64,000 nucleotides of DNA. It comes from the human T2T-CHM13v2.0 reference genome, Homo sapiens. The position numbers and the translations under genes are program-made. Positions within the stretch are counted from its first letter, which is position 1, and every line of letters starts with the position of its first letter. Shown here piece by piece: positions 26,701 to 41,600 of this stretch. The stretch lies in the NCBI RefSeq assembly GCF_009914755.1, contig NC_060939.1. One strand, given 5' to 3'. The notes beneath the pieces were generated by a model. That model saw only the letters and a program-made list of their open reading frames with translations, made no database searches and was not told the origin of the DNA.

Positions 26701-29700
26701 GAATCAACCCGAGCATAAAGGAATGGAACGGAAAGGAGTGGAATGGAATGGATTGGAATGGAATGGAATCAACACGAATGGAATGGAGCGGAATGGACTG
26801 GGATGGGATGGAATCGAATGGAAAGGAATGGAATCAACACGAATGGAATGGAGCGGAATGGAATGGGATGGGATGGAATCGAATGGAATGGAATGGAATG
26901 GAATGGAATGGAATCAACATGAATGCAATGGAACGTAATGGAATGGAATGGAATGGAAAGGAATGGAATGGAATGAACCCGAAGGGAATGGAATGGATTG
27001 GAATGGAATGGAATGGAATCAACCCGAGCGGAAAGGAATAGAATGGAATGGAGTGGAATGTAATGTAATGGAATGGAATGGAATGGAATGGAATGGAATG
27101 GAATCAACACGAATGGAATGGAACGGCATGGAATGGGATGGGATAGAATGGAATGGAATGGAAGTTAATCAACACGAATGGAATGCAACGGAATGGAATG
27201 GAATGGAATGGAATGGAATGAACACGAATGGAATGGAATGGATTGGAATGGAATGGAATGGAATCAACCCTAGTGGAAAGGAATGGAATGGAATGGAGTG
27301 GAATGTAATGTAATGTAATGGAATGGAATGGAATGGAATCAACACGAATGGAATGGAGCGGAATGGAATGGGATGGGATGGAATGGAATGGAATGGAATG
27401 GAATGGAATGGAATGGAATCAACATGAACGGAATGGAACGTAATGGATTGGAACGGAACGGAATGGAATGGAATGGAATGGAATGGAATGGAATGAAATG
27501 GAAAGGAACGGAATGGAATCAACACGAGTGGAATGGAATGGATAGGAATGGAATCAACCCGAGTAGAATGAAATGGAATGTAATGCAATGGGATGGAGTG
27601 GAATCAACCCGAGTGGAATGTAATGGAATGGAATGGAATGGAACGAAATGGAATGGATCGGAATGTAATCCAATGGAATCAACTGGAATGGAATGGAATG
27701 GAATGGAATGGAATGGAATGGAATGGAATGGAATAAATCCCGGTGGAGTGGAATGGGATGTAACGGAGTGGAATGTAATGGAATTTAGTGGAATGGAATG
27801 GAATGGAATGGAATGGAATGAAATGGATTGGATCGGATTGGAATCCAATGGAATCAACTAGAATGGAATGGAATGGAATGGAATAAATCCGGGTGGAGTG
27901 GAATGGAATGGATTTTACTGGAATGGAATGGAATGGAATGGAATGGAATGGAATCAACCCGAAAGGAATGGAACGGAAAGGAATGGAAAGGAATGGAATG
28001 GAATGGAATGGAATGGAAAGGAATGGAATGGAATGGAATGGAATCAACCCGAATGGGATGGCATGGAATGGAACTGAATGGAATAGAATGGAATGGAATG
28101 GAATGGAATGGAATCAACCCAAGTGCAATGGAATGGAATGGAATGCAATGGAATCCACCCGAGTGGAATGGAATGGAATGGAATGGAATGGAATGGAATG
28201 GAATGGAATGGAATGGAGTGGAATGGAACGGAATAGAATGGAATGCAAGAAACACCAGGGGAATAAAATGGATTGGAATGAAATGGAATGGAATGGAATG
28301 GAATAGAATGAAATCAACCCAAGTGGAATGGAACGGAATGGAATGGAATTGAAAGGAATGAATGGTATGGAATGGTGTGGAATCAACACGAGAGGAATGG
28401 AATGGAATGGAATGCAACGGAACGGAATGGAAAGGAATGGAATGGAATGAACCCGAATGGAATGGAATGGATTGGAATGGAATGGAATGGAATCAACCCG
28501 AGCGGAAAGGAATGGAATGGAATGGAGTGGAATGTAATGTAATGGAATGGAATGGAATGGAATGGAATGGAATCAACACAAATGGAATGGAACGGGATGG
28601 AATGGGATGGGATGGAATGATATGGAATGGAAGTTAATCAACACGAATGGAATGGAACGGAATGGAATGGAATGGAAAGGAATGGAATGGAATGGAATGG
28701 AATGGAACGGAATGGAATGGAATGAAATGGAATGGATCGGAATGGAATCCAATGGAATCAACTGGAATGGAATGGAATGGAATGGAATGCAATTGAATGG
28801 AATAAATCTGGGTGCAGTGGAATGGAATGGAACGGAGTGGAATGTAATGGAATTTAGTGGAATGGAATGGAATGGAATGGAATGGAATGGAATGGAATGG
28901 AATGAAATGGATTGGATCGGATTGGAATCCAATGGAAGCAACAGGAATGGAATGGAATGGAATGCAATGGAAAAAATCCGGGTGGAGTTGAATGGAATGT
29001 AATGGAGTGGAATGGAATGGAATTCAGTAGAATGGAATGGATTGGAATGTAATGGAATGGAATGGAATGGAATGGAATGAAATCAAGCCGAGTGGAATGC
29101 AACGGAATGGAATGGAATGGAAAGTAATGAATGTAATGGAATGGGGAGGAATCAACACGAGAGGAATGGAATGGAATGGAACGCAATGGAATGGAATAAA
29201 TCCGGGTGGAGTGGAATGGAATGTAATGGAGTGGAATGGAATGGAATTTAGTGGAATGGAATGGAATGGAATGGAATGGAATGGAATCAACCCGAATGGG
29301 TTGGCATGGAATGGAATGGAATGGAGTGGAATGGAATGTAATGGAATGGAATGGAATAGAATGGAATCAACACGAATGGAATGGAACGGAATGGAATGGG
29401 ATGGGATGGAATGGAATGGAATGGAAGTTAATCAAGACGAATGGAATGGAACGGAATGGAATGGAACGGAATGGAATGGAATGGAATGAACCCGAATGGA
29501 ATGGAATGGATTGGAATGGAATGGAATGGAGTCAACCCGAGCGGAAAGGAATGGAATGGAATGGAGTGGAATGTAATGTAATGGAATAGAATTGAATGGA
29601 ATGGAATCAACAGGAATGGTATGGAACGGAATGGAATGGGATGGGATGGAATGGAATGGAATGGAATTTAATCAACACGAATGGAATGAAACGGAATGGA

Positions 29701-30200
29701 ATGGAATGGAATGGAATGAAATGGAAAGGAAAGGAATGGAATCAACACGAGTGGAATGGAATGGAACGGAATGGAATCAACCCGAGTGGAATGAAATGGA
29801 ACGTAATGCAATGGGATGGAGTGGAATCAACCCGAGTGGAATGGAATGGAATGGAATGAAATGGAATGGATCGGAATGGAATACAATGGAATCAACTGGA
29901 ATTGAATGTAATGTAATGGAATGGAATGGAATAAATCTGGGTGGAGTGGAATGGAATGTAACGGAGTGGAATATAATGGAATTTAGTGGAATGGAATGGA
30001 ATGGAATGGAATGAAATGGATTGGATAGGAATGGAATTCAGTGGAATCAACTGGAATGGAATGGAATGGAATGGAATGGAATAAATCCGGGTGCAGTGGA
30101 ATGGAAAGTAATGGAGTGGAATGGAATAGAATTTAGTGGAATGGAAAGTAATGTAATGGAATGTAATGGAATGGAATGGAATCAACCCGAGTGGAAAGGA
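23800..30200 (+). repeat. Old diverged paralog of ~430-7700, with internally permuted blocks
   Basis: Shared rare markers: TGGATTCGATCGG 1161/24802, CAACCTGAGAGG 2447/25471, CGAGCATAAAGG 3691/26710, CAACCCTAGTGG 4191/27265, GGATTTTACT 4821/27910, TGCAAGAAACACC 6924/28245, TAATCAAGACG 5921/29429. Confidence 0.85.
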
Positions 30201-30482
30201 AAGGAATGGAATGGAAAGTAATGGAATGGAATGGAATGGAATGGAATCAACCCGAATGGGATGGCATGGAATGGAATTGAATGGAATGGAGTGGAATGGA
30301 ATGGAATGGAATGGAATGGAATGGAATCAACCCAACTGCAATGGAATGGAATGGAATGCAATGGAATCCACCCGAGTGGAATGGAATGGAATGGAATGGA
30401 ATGGAATGGAGTGGAATGGAATAAACACCAGGGGAATGAAATGGATTGGAATGAAATGGAATGGAATGGAATGGAATGGAAT

Positions 30483-30617
30483 GAAATCATCCCGAGTGGA
30501 ATGGAACGGAATGGAATGGAATGGAATGGAATGAAATCATCCCAAGTGGAATGGAACGGAATGGAATGGAATGGAATGGAATGGAATGAAATCATCCCAA
30601 GTGGAATGGAACGGAAT
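30483..30617 (+). repeat. 50-55 bp triplication of GAAATCATCCC(G/A)AGTGGAATGGAACGG
   Basis: The motif starts at 30483, 30533 and 30588. Confidence 0.92.
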
Positions 30618-33099
30618 TGAATGGAATGGAAAGGAATGAATGGAATGGAATGATGTGGATTCAACACGAGAGTAATGGAATGGAATGGAATGGAATGAAA
30701 TGGAATGGATCAGAATGGAATCCAATGGAATCAACTGGAATGGAATGGAATGGAATGCAATGGAATGGAATAAATCCGGGTGGAGTGGAATGGAATGTAA
30801 TGGAGTGTAATGTAATGGAATTTAGTGGAATGGAATGGAATGGAATGGAATGGAATGGAATGGAATGGAATGGAATGGAATGGAATGGAATGAAATGGAT
30901 TCGGTCGGAATGGAATCCAATGGAATCAACTGGAATGGAATGGAATGGAATGGAATGGAATCGAATAAATGCGGGTGGAGTGGAATGGAATGTAATGGAG
31001 TGGAGTGTAATGGAATTTAGTGGAATGGAATGGAATGGAATGGAATGAAATCGGTTGGATAGAAATGGAATCCAATGGAATCAACTGGAATGGAATGGAA
31101 TGGAATGGAATGGAATGGAATGGAATGGAATGGAATAAATCCGGGTGGAGTGGAATCGAATGTAATGGAGTGGAATGGAATGGAATTTAGTGGAATGGAA
31201 TGGAATGGAGTGGAATGGAATGAAATGGATTCGATAGAAATGGAATCCAATGGAATCTCCTGGAATGGAATGGAATGGAATGGAATGGAATAAATCCGGG
31301 TGGAGTGGAATGGAATGTAATGGAGAGGAATGGAATGGAATTTAGTGGAATGGAATGGAATGGAATGGAATGGAATAGAATGGAATGGAATCAACCCGAG
31401 TGGAATGGAACGGAATGGAATGGAATGGAATAGAATGGAATGGAATGGAATCAACACGAATGGGATGGCATGGAATGGAATGGAATGGAATCAACACGAA
31501 TGGAATGGAACGGAATGGAATGGGATGGGATGGAATGGAATGGAATGGAAGTTAATCAACACGAATGGAATGGAACGGAATGGAATGGAATGGAATGGAA
31601 TGAAATGGAAAGGAACGGAATGGAATCAACACGAGTGGAATGGAATGGAACGAATGGAATCAACCCGAGTGGAATGAAATGGAATGTAATGCAATGGGAT
31701 GGAGTGGAATCAACCCGAGTGGAATGGAATGGAATGGAATGAAATGGAATGGAGGGGAATGAAAAGGATTGGATAGGAATGGAATCCAATGGAACCAACT
31801 GGAATGGAATGGAGTGGAATGGAATGGAATTTAGTGGAAGGGAATGGAATGGAATGGAATGGAATGGAATGGAATGGAATCAACCCGAGTGGAATGGAAC
31901 AGATTGGAATGGAAAGGAATGGAATTGAATGGAATGCAATGGAATGGAATCAACCCGAATGGGATGGCATGGAATGGAATTGAATGGAATGGAATGGAAT
32001 GGAATTGAATGGAATGGAATGGAGTGGAATGGAACGGAATGGAGTGGAATGGAATAAACACCAGGGGAATGAAATGGATTGGAATGAAATGGAATGGAAT
32101 GGCATGGAATGGAATGAAATCAACCTGAGTGGAATGGAACGCAATGGAATGGAATGGAAAGGAATGAATGGAATGGAATGGTGTGGAATCAACACCAGAC
32201 GAATGGAATGGAATGGAATGGAATGGAACGGAATGGAATGGAAAGGAATGGAATGGAATGAACCCGAATGGAATGGAATGGATTGGAATGGAATGGAATG
32301 GAATCAACCCGAGCGGAAAGGAACGGAATGGAATGGGATGGGATGGAATGGAATGGAATGGAAGTTAATCAACACGAATGGAATGGATCGGAATGTAATG
32401 TAATGGAATGGAATGGAATGGAATGGACTGAAATGGAAAGGAACGCAACGGAATCAACACGAGTGGAATGGAATGGAACGGAATGGAATCAACCCGAGTG
32501 AAATGAAATAGAATGTAATGCAATGGGATGGAGTGGAATCAACCCGAGTGGAATGGAATGGAATGGAATAGAATGGAATGGAATGGAATGAAATGGAATG
32601 GATTGGAATGGAATCCAATGGAAACAACTGGAATGGAATGGAATGGTATGGAATGCAATGGAATGGAATGGAATAAATCCGGGTGGAGTGGAATGGAATG
32701 TAATGGAGTGGAATGTAATGGAATTTAGTGGAATGGAATGGAATGGAATGGAATGGAATGGAATGGAATGGAATGAAATGGATTGGATCGGAATGGAAGC
32801 AAATGGAATCAACTGGAATGGAATGGAATGGAATGGAATAAATCCGGGTGGAGTGGAATGGAAAGTAATGGAGTGGAATATATTTCAATTTAGTGGAATA
32901 GAATGGAATGGAATGGAATGAAAACAAACCGAGTGGAATGGAACGGAATGGAATGGAATGGAAAGGAATGAATGTAATGGAATGGTGTGTAATCAACACG
33001 AGAGGAATGGAATGAAAAGAACCCGAATGGAATTGAATGGATTGGAATGGAATGGAATGGAATCAACCCGAGCGGAAAGGAACGGAATGGAATGGGATG

Positions 33100-33660
33100 G
33101 GATGGAATGGAATGGAATGGAAGTTAATCAACACGAATTGAATGGATCGGAATGTAATGTAATGGAATGGAAAGGAATGGAATGGAATGAAATGGAAAGG
33201 AACGGAATGGAATCAACACGGGTGGAATGGAATGGAACGGAATGGAATCAACCAGAGTGGAATGAAATGGAATGTAATGCAATGGGATGGAGTCGAATCA
33301 ACCCGAGTGGAATGGAGTGGAATGGAATGGGACGGGATGGAATGGAATGGAATGGAAGTTAATCAACACGAATGGAATGGATCGGAATGTAATGTAATGG
33401 AATGGAAAGGAATGGAATGGAATGGAATGAAATGGAAAGGAACGGAATAGAATCAACACGAGTGGAATGGAATGGAACGGAATGGAATCAACCAGAGTGG
33501 AATGAAATGGAATGTAATGCAATGGGATGGAGTCGAATCAACCCGAGTGGAATGGAATGGAATGGAATGGGACGGGATGGAATGGAATGGAATGGAAGTT
33601 AATCAACACGAATGGAATGGATCGGAATGTAATGTAATGGAATGGAATGGAAAGGAATGG
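33100..33660 (+). repeat. ~240-bp tandem repeat, about 2.3 copies
   Basis: CAACCAGAGTGG 33248/33488; GTCGAATCAACCCGAG 33292/33532; GGGACGGGATGG 33329/33569; AAGTTAATCAACACG 33121/33356/33596. Confidence 0.92.
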
Positions 33661-36270
33661 AATGGAATGGAATGGAATGGAATGAAATGAAATGGATTGG
33701 ATCGGAATGGAAGCCAACGGAATCAACTGGAATGGAATGGAATGGAATGGAATAAATCCGGGTGGAGTGTAATGGAATGTAATGGAGTGGAATATATTTG
33801 TATTTAGTGGAATGGAATGGAATGCAATGGAATGAAAACAAACCGAGTGGAATGGAACGGAATGGAATGGAATGGAAAGTAATGAATGTAATGGAATGGT
33901 GTGAAATCAACACGAGAGGAATGGAATGGAATGGAATGGAACGGTACGGAATGGAAAGGAATGGAATGGAATGGAATGGAATGGAATGGAATGGAATGGA
34001 ATGGAATGGAAAGGAATGGAATGGAATGAACCCGAATGGAATGGAATGGATTGGAATGGAATGGAATGGAATCAACACGAGTGGAAAGGAATGGAATGCA
34101 ATGGAGTGTAATAGAATGGAATGGAATGGAAAGGAATGGAATGGAATTAACACGAATGGAATGAAACGGAATGGAATGGTATGGGATGGAATTGAAAGGA
34201 AAGGAAGTTAATCAACACGAATGGAATGGAACGGAATGGAATGGAATGCAATGGAATGGAATGAACCCGAATGGAATGGAATGGATTGGAATGGAATGGA
34301 ATGGAATCAACCCGAGCGGAAAGGAATGGAATGGAATGGAGTGGAATGGAATGTAATGGAATGGAATGGAATGGAATGGAATCAACACGAATGGAATGGA
34401 ACGCAATGGAATGGGATGGCATGGAATGGAATGGAATGGAAGTTAATCAACACGAATGGAATGGAACGGAATGGAATGGAATGGAATGGAATGGGATGGA
34501 ATGGAATGGAATGGAAAGGAACGGAATGGAATCAACACGAGTGGAATGGAATGGAACGGAATGGAATCAACCCGAGTGGAGTGAAATGGAATGTAATGCA
34601 ATGGTATGGAGTGGAATCAACCCGAGTGGAATGGAATGGAATGGAATGGAATGGAATGAAATGGGATGGATCGGAATGGAATTGAATGGAATGGAATGGA
34701 ATGAAATGGGATGGATCGGAATGGAATCCAATGGAATCAACCTGAATGGAATGTAATGTAATGGAATGGAATGGAATAAATCCGGGTGGAGTGGAATGGA
34801 ATGTAATGGAGTGGAATGTAATGGAATTTAGTGGAATGGAATGGAATGGAATGGAATGGAATGGAATGGAATGGAATGGAATGGAATGGAATGAAATGAA
34901 TTGGATCGGAATGGAATCCAAAGGAATCAACTGGAATGGAATGGAATGGAATAAATCAGGGTGGAGTGGAATGGAATGGAATTTAGTGGAACGGAATGGA
35001 ATGGAATGGAATGGAATGGAATGGAATGGAATGGAATGGAATCAACCCGAATGGAATGGAACGGAATGGAATGGAAAAGAATGGAATGGAATGGAATGGA
35101 ATGGAATGGAATGGAATGGAATGGAATGGAATGGAATCAACCCGAATGCGATGGCAGGGAATGGAATGGAATGGAATGGAATGGAATGGACTGTAATGGA
35201 ATGGAATCAATCCAAGTGCAATGGAATGGAATGGAATGGAATGGAATGGAATGGAATGGAATGGAGTGGAATGGAACGGAATGGAGTGGAATGGAGTAAA
35301 CACCAGGGGAATGAAATGGATTGGAATGAAATGGAATGGAATGGAATGGAATTAAATCAACCCGAGTGAAATGCAACGGAATGGAATGGAATGGAAAGGA
35401 ATGATTGGAAGGGAATGGTGTGGAATCAACACGAGAGGAAAGGAAGGGAATGCAATGGAACAGAACGGAATGGAAAGGAATGGAATGGAATGAACCGGAA
35501 TGGAATGGAATGGGTTGGAAAGGAATGGAATGGAATCAACCTGAGCAGAAAGCAATGGAATGGAATGGAGTGGAATGTAATGTAATGTAATGGAATGGAG
35601 TCAACACGAATGGAATGGAACGGAATGGAATGGAATGGAATGGAATGGAATGAAGTGGAAAGGAACGGAAGGGAATCAACACGAGTGGAATGGAATGGAA
35701 CGGAATGGAATCAACCCGAGTGAAATGAAATGGAATGTAATGCAATGGGATGGAGTGGAATCAACACGAGAGGAATGGAATGGAATGGAATGAAATGGAA
35801 TGGATCGGAATAGAATCCAATGGAATCAACTGGAATGGAATGTAATGGAATGGAATGGAATGGAATAAATCCGGGAGGAGTGGAATGGAATGTAACGGAG
35901 TGGAATGTAATGGAATTTAGTGGAATGGAATGGAATGGAATGGAATGGAATGAAATGGATTGGATAGAAATGGAATTCAATGGAATCAACTGGAATGGAA
36001 TGGAATGGAATGGAATGGAATAAATCCGGGTGGAGTGGAATGGAATGTAATGGAGTGGAATGGAATGGAATTTAGTGGAATGGAAAGTAATGTAATGGAA
36101 TATAATGGAATGGAATGGAATCAACCCGAGTGGAAAGGAAAGGAATGGAATGGAAAGGAATGGAATGGAATGGAATGGAATGGAATGGAATGCAATGGAA
36201 TGGAATCAATCCGAATGGGATGGCATGGAATGGAATTGAATGGAATGGAATGGAGTGGAATGGAATGGAA

Positions 36271-36350
36271 TCAACCCAAGTGCAATGGAATGGAATGGAA
36301 TGCAATGGAATCAACCCAAGTGCAATGGAATGGAATGGAATGCAATGGAA
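36271..36350 (+). repeat. 40-bp tandem duplication
   Basis: TCAACCCAAGTGCAATGGAATGGAATGGAATGCAATGGAA occurs at 36271 and 36311. Confidence 0.93.
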
Positions 36351-38600
36351 TCCACCCGAGTGGAATGGAATGGAATGGAATGGAATGGAATGGAGTGGAA
36401 TGGAATGGAATGGAGTGGAATGGAATAAACACCAGGGGAATGAAAAGGATTGGAATGAAATGGAATGGAATGGCATGGAATGGAATGAAATCAACCTGAG
36501 TGGAATGGAACGCAATGGAATGGAATGGAAAGGAATGAATGGAATGGAATGGTGTGGAATCAACACCAGAGGAATGGAATGGAATGGAATGGAATGGAAC
36601 GGAACGGAATGGAAAGGAATGGAATGGAATGAACCCGAATGGAATGGAATGGATTGGAATGGAATGGAATGGAATCAACCCGAGCGGAAAGGAATGGAAT
36701 GGAATGGGATGGGATGGAATGGAATGGAATGGAAGTTAATCAACAAGAATGGAATGGATCGGAATGTAATGTAATGGAATGGAATGGAATGGAATGGAAT
36801 GGCATGGAATGGAATGAAATGGAAAGGAACGCAACGGAATCAACACGAGTGGAATGGAATGGAACGGAATGGAATCAACCCGAGTGAAATGAAATGGAAT
36901 GTAATACAATGGGATGGAGTGGAATCAACCCGAGTGGAATGGATTGGAATGGAATAGAATGGAATGGAATGGAATGAAATGGAATGGATTGGAATGGAAT
37001 CCAATGGAATCAACTGGAATGGAATGGATTGGAATGGAATGCAATGGAATGGAATGGAATAAATCCGGGTGGAGTGGAATGGAATGTAATGGAGTGGAAT
37101 GTAATGGAATTTAGTGGAATGGAATGGAATGCAATGGAATGGAATGGAATGGAATGGAATGAAATGGATTGGATCGGAATGGAAGCCAATGGAATCAACT
37201 GGAATGGAATGGAATGGAATAAATCCGGGTGGAGTGGAATGGAATGTAATGGAGTGGAATATATTTGAATTTAGTGGAATGGAATGGAATGGAATGGAAT
37301 GAAAACAAACCGAGTGGAATGGAACGGAATGGAATGGAATGGAAAGGAATGAATGTAATGGAATGGTGTGTAATCAACACGAGAGGAATGGAATGAAATG
37401 AACCCGAATGGAATGGAATGGATTGGAATGGAATGGAATGGAATCAACCCGAGCGGAAAGGAACGGAATGGAATGGGATGGGATGCAATGGAATGGAATG
37501 GAAGTTAATCAACACGAATGGAATGGATCGGAATGGAATGGAATGGAATGGAATGGAATGGAATGGAATGAAATGGAAAGGAACGGAATGGAATCAACAC
37601 GAGTGGAATGGATGGGAACGGAATGGAATCAACCCGAGTGAAATGAAACGGAATGTAATGCAATGGGATGGAGTCGAATCAACCCGAGTGGAATGGAATG
37701 GAATGGAATGGGATGGGATGGAATGGAATGGAATGGAAGTGAATCAACACGAATGGAATGGATCGGAATGTAATGGAATGGAATGTAATGGAATGGAATG
37801 GAATGGAATGGAATGGAATGGAATGGTGTGGAATCAACACCAGAGGAATGGAACGGAATGGAATGGAATGGAACAGAACGGAATGGAAAGGAATGGAATG
37901 GAATGAACCCGAATGGAATGGAATGGATTGGAATGGAATGGAATGGAATCAACCCGAGCGGAAAGGAACAGAATGGAATCGGATGGGATGGAATGGAATG
38001 CAATGGAAGTTATTCAACACGAATGGAATGGATCGGAATGTAATGTAATGGAATGCAATGGAATGGAATGGAATGGAATGGAATGAAATGGAAAGGAACG
38101 GAATGGAATCAACACGAGTGGAATGGAATGGAACGGAATGGAATCAACCCGAGTGAAATGAAATGGAATGTAATGCAATGGGATGGAGTGGAATCAACCC
38201 GAGTGGAATGGAATGGAAAGGAATAGAATGGAATGGAATGGAATGAAATGGAATGAATTGGAATGGAATCCAATGGAATCAACTGGAATGGAATGGAATG
38301 GAATGGAATGGAATGGAATGCAATGGAATGGAATGGAATAAATCCGGGTGGAGTGGAATGGAATGTAATCGAGTGGAATATAATGGAATTTAGTGGAATG
38401 GAATGGAATGGAATGGAAGGAAATGAAATGGATTGCATCGGAATGGAAGCCAATGGAATCAACTGGAATGGAATGGAATGGAATGGAATGGAATAAATCC
38501 GGGTGGAGTGGAATGGAATGTAATGTAGTGGAATATATTTGAATTTAGTGGAATGGAATGGAATGGAATGGAATGAAAAAAACCGAGTGGAATGGAACGA

Positions 38601-41600
38601 AATGGAATGGAATGGAAAGGAATGAATGTAATGGAATGGTGTGGAATCAACACGTGAGGAATGGAATGGAATGGAATGGAACGGAACGGAATGGAAAGGA
38701 ATGGAATGGAATGGAATGGAACGGAATGGAAAGGAATGGAATGGAATGAACCCGAATGGAATGGAATGGATTGGAATGGAATGGAATGGAATCAACACGA
38801 GTGGAAAGGAATGGAATGGAATGGAGTGTAATAGAATGGAATGGAATGGAAAGGAATGGAATGGGATCAACACGAATGGAATGAAACGGAATGGAATGGA
38901 ATGGGATGGAATTGAAAGGAAAGGAAGTTAATCAACACGAATGGAATGGAACGGAATGGAATGGAATGCAATGGAATGGAATGAACCCGAATGGAATGGA
39001 ATGGATTGGAATGGAATGGAATGGAATCAACCCGAGTAGAAAAGAATGGAATGGAATGGAGTGGAATGGAATGTAATGTAATGGAATGGAATGGAATGGA
39101 ATGGAATCAACACGAATGGAATGGAACGGAATGGAATGGGATGGCATGGAATGGAATGGAATGGAAGTTAATCAACACGAATGGAATGGAACGGAATGGA
39201 ATGGAATGGAATGGAATGGGATGGAATGGAATGGAATGGAAAGGAACGGAATGGAATCAACACGAGTGGAATGGAATGGAACGGAATGGAATCAACCCGA
39301 GTGGAGTGAAATGGAATGTAATGCAATGGTATGAAGTGGAATCAACCTGAGTGGAATGGAATGGAATGGAATGAAATGGGATGGATTGGAATGGAATCCA
39401 ATGGAATCAACCTGAATGGAATGTAATGTAATGGAATGGAATGGAATAAATCCGGGTGGAGTGGAATGGAATGTAATGGAGTGGAATGTAATGGAATTTA
39501 GTGGAGTGGAATTTAATGGAATGGAATGGAATTGAACGGAATGGAATGAAATGGATTGGAATGGAATTAACCCAAATGGAATGGAATGGATTGGATTGGA
39601 ATGGAATGGAATCAACCCGAGCGGAACGGAATGGAATGGAATGGAGTGGAATGGAATGGAATGGAATGGAGTGGAATGGAATCAAAATGAATGGAATGGA
39701 ACGGAATGGAATGGGATGGGATGGAATGGAATGGAATGGAAGATAATCAACACGAATGGAATGGAACGGAATGGAATGGTATGGAATGGAATGGAATGGA
39801 ATGGAATGAACCCGAATGGAATGGAATGGATTGGAATGGAATTGAATGGAATGGAATGGAATCAACACGAATGGAATGGAATGGAATGGGATGGGATGGA
39901 ATGGAATGAAATGGAATGGAATGGAATGGAATCAACAAGAATGGAATGGAACGGAATGTAATGGGATGGGATGGAATGGAATGGAATGGAAGTTAATCAA
40001 CACGAATGGAATGGAACGGAATGGAATGGAATGGAATGGAATGGAATGGAATGGAATGGAACGGAATGATCCCGAATGGAATGGAACGGATTGGAATGGA
40101 ATGGAATGGAATCAACACAAGCGGAAAGGAATGGAATGGAATGGAGTGCAATGGAGTATAATTGAATGGAATGGAATGGAATGGAATCAACAGATATGGA
40201 ATGGAACGGAATGGAATGAGAAGGGATGGAATGGAATGGAATGGAAGTTAATCAACAAGAATGGAATGGAACGGAATGGAATGGAATGGAATGGAATGGA
40301 ATGAACCCGAATGGAATGGAATGGAATGGAATCAACCCGAGCGGAAAGGAATGGAATGGAATGGAGTGGAATGGAATGTAAGGGAATGGAATGGAATGGA
40401 ATGGAATCAACACGAATGGAATGGAACGGAATGGAATGTGATGGGATGGAATGGAATGGAAGTAAATCAACACAAATGGAATGGAACGGAATGGAATGGA
40501 ATGGAATGGAATGGAATGGAATGATATGGAAAGGAACGGAATGGAATCAACACGAGTGGAATGGAATGGAACGGAATGGAATCAACACGAGTGGTATGAA
40601 ATGGAATGTAATGCAATAGGATGGAGTGGAATCAAACCGAGTGGAATGGAATGGAATTGAATGGAATGGAATGGAATGAAATGGAATGGATCAGAATGGA
40701 ATCCAATGGAATCAACTGGAATGGAATGGAATGTAATGGAATGGAATGGAATGGAACAAATCCGGGTGGAGTGGAATGGAATGTAATTGAGTGGAATGTA
40801 ATGGAATTTAGTGGAATGGAATGGAATGGAATGGAATGGAATGCAATGGAATGGAATGGAATGAAATGGATTGGATCAGAATGGAATCCAATGGAATCAA
40901 CTGGAATGGAATGGAATGGAATAAATCCTGGAGGAGTGGAATGGAATGTAATGGAGTGGAATGGAAAGGAATTTACTGGAATGGAATGGAATGGAATGGA
41001 ATGGAATGGAATGGAATCAACCCGAATGGAATGGAACGGAATGGAATGGAAAGGTATGGAATGGAATGGAATGGAATGGAATGGAATGGAATCAACACGA
41101 ATGGAATGGCATGGAATGGAATGGAATGGAATGGAATGGAATGGAATCAACCCAAGTGCAATGGAATGGAATGGAATGCAATGGAATCCACCCGAGTGGA
41201 ATGGAATGGAATGGAATGGAATGGAATGGAATGGAATGGAGTGCAATGGAACGGAATGGAGTGGAATGCAATAAACACCAGGGGAATGAAATGGATTGGA
41301 ATGAAATGGAATGGAATGGAATGGAATGGAATGAAATCAACCCGAGTGGAATGGAAAGGAATTGAATGGAATGGAGAGGAATAAATGGAATGGAATGGTG
41401 TGGAATCAACACGAGAGGAATGGAGTGGAATGGAATGGAACAGAACGGAATGGAATGGATTGGAATGTAATGGAATGGAATCAACCCGAGCGGAAAGGAA
41501 TGGAATGGAATGGAGTGGAATGGAATGTAATGGAATGGAATGGAATGGAATGGAATCAACACGAATGGAATGGAACGGAATGGAATGGGATGGGATGGAA

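Larger units (their letters stand above)
31950..39500 (+). repeat. Older ~4.4-4.7 kb offset duplication (about 31950-34850 vs 36300-39500)
   Basis: Markers: CAACACCAGA 32190/36561, GAACGCAACGG 32441/36827, GAAAACAAACCGAG 32920/37301, ATTGAAAGGAAAGGAAGTT 34191/38911, CAACCTGAATGG 34738/39408. ATATATTT occurs at 32878, 33792, 37259 and 38533. Confidence 0.85.
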
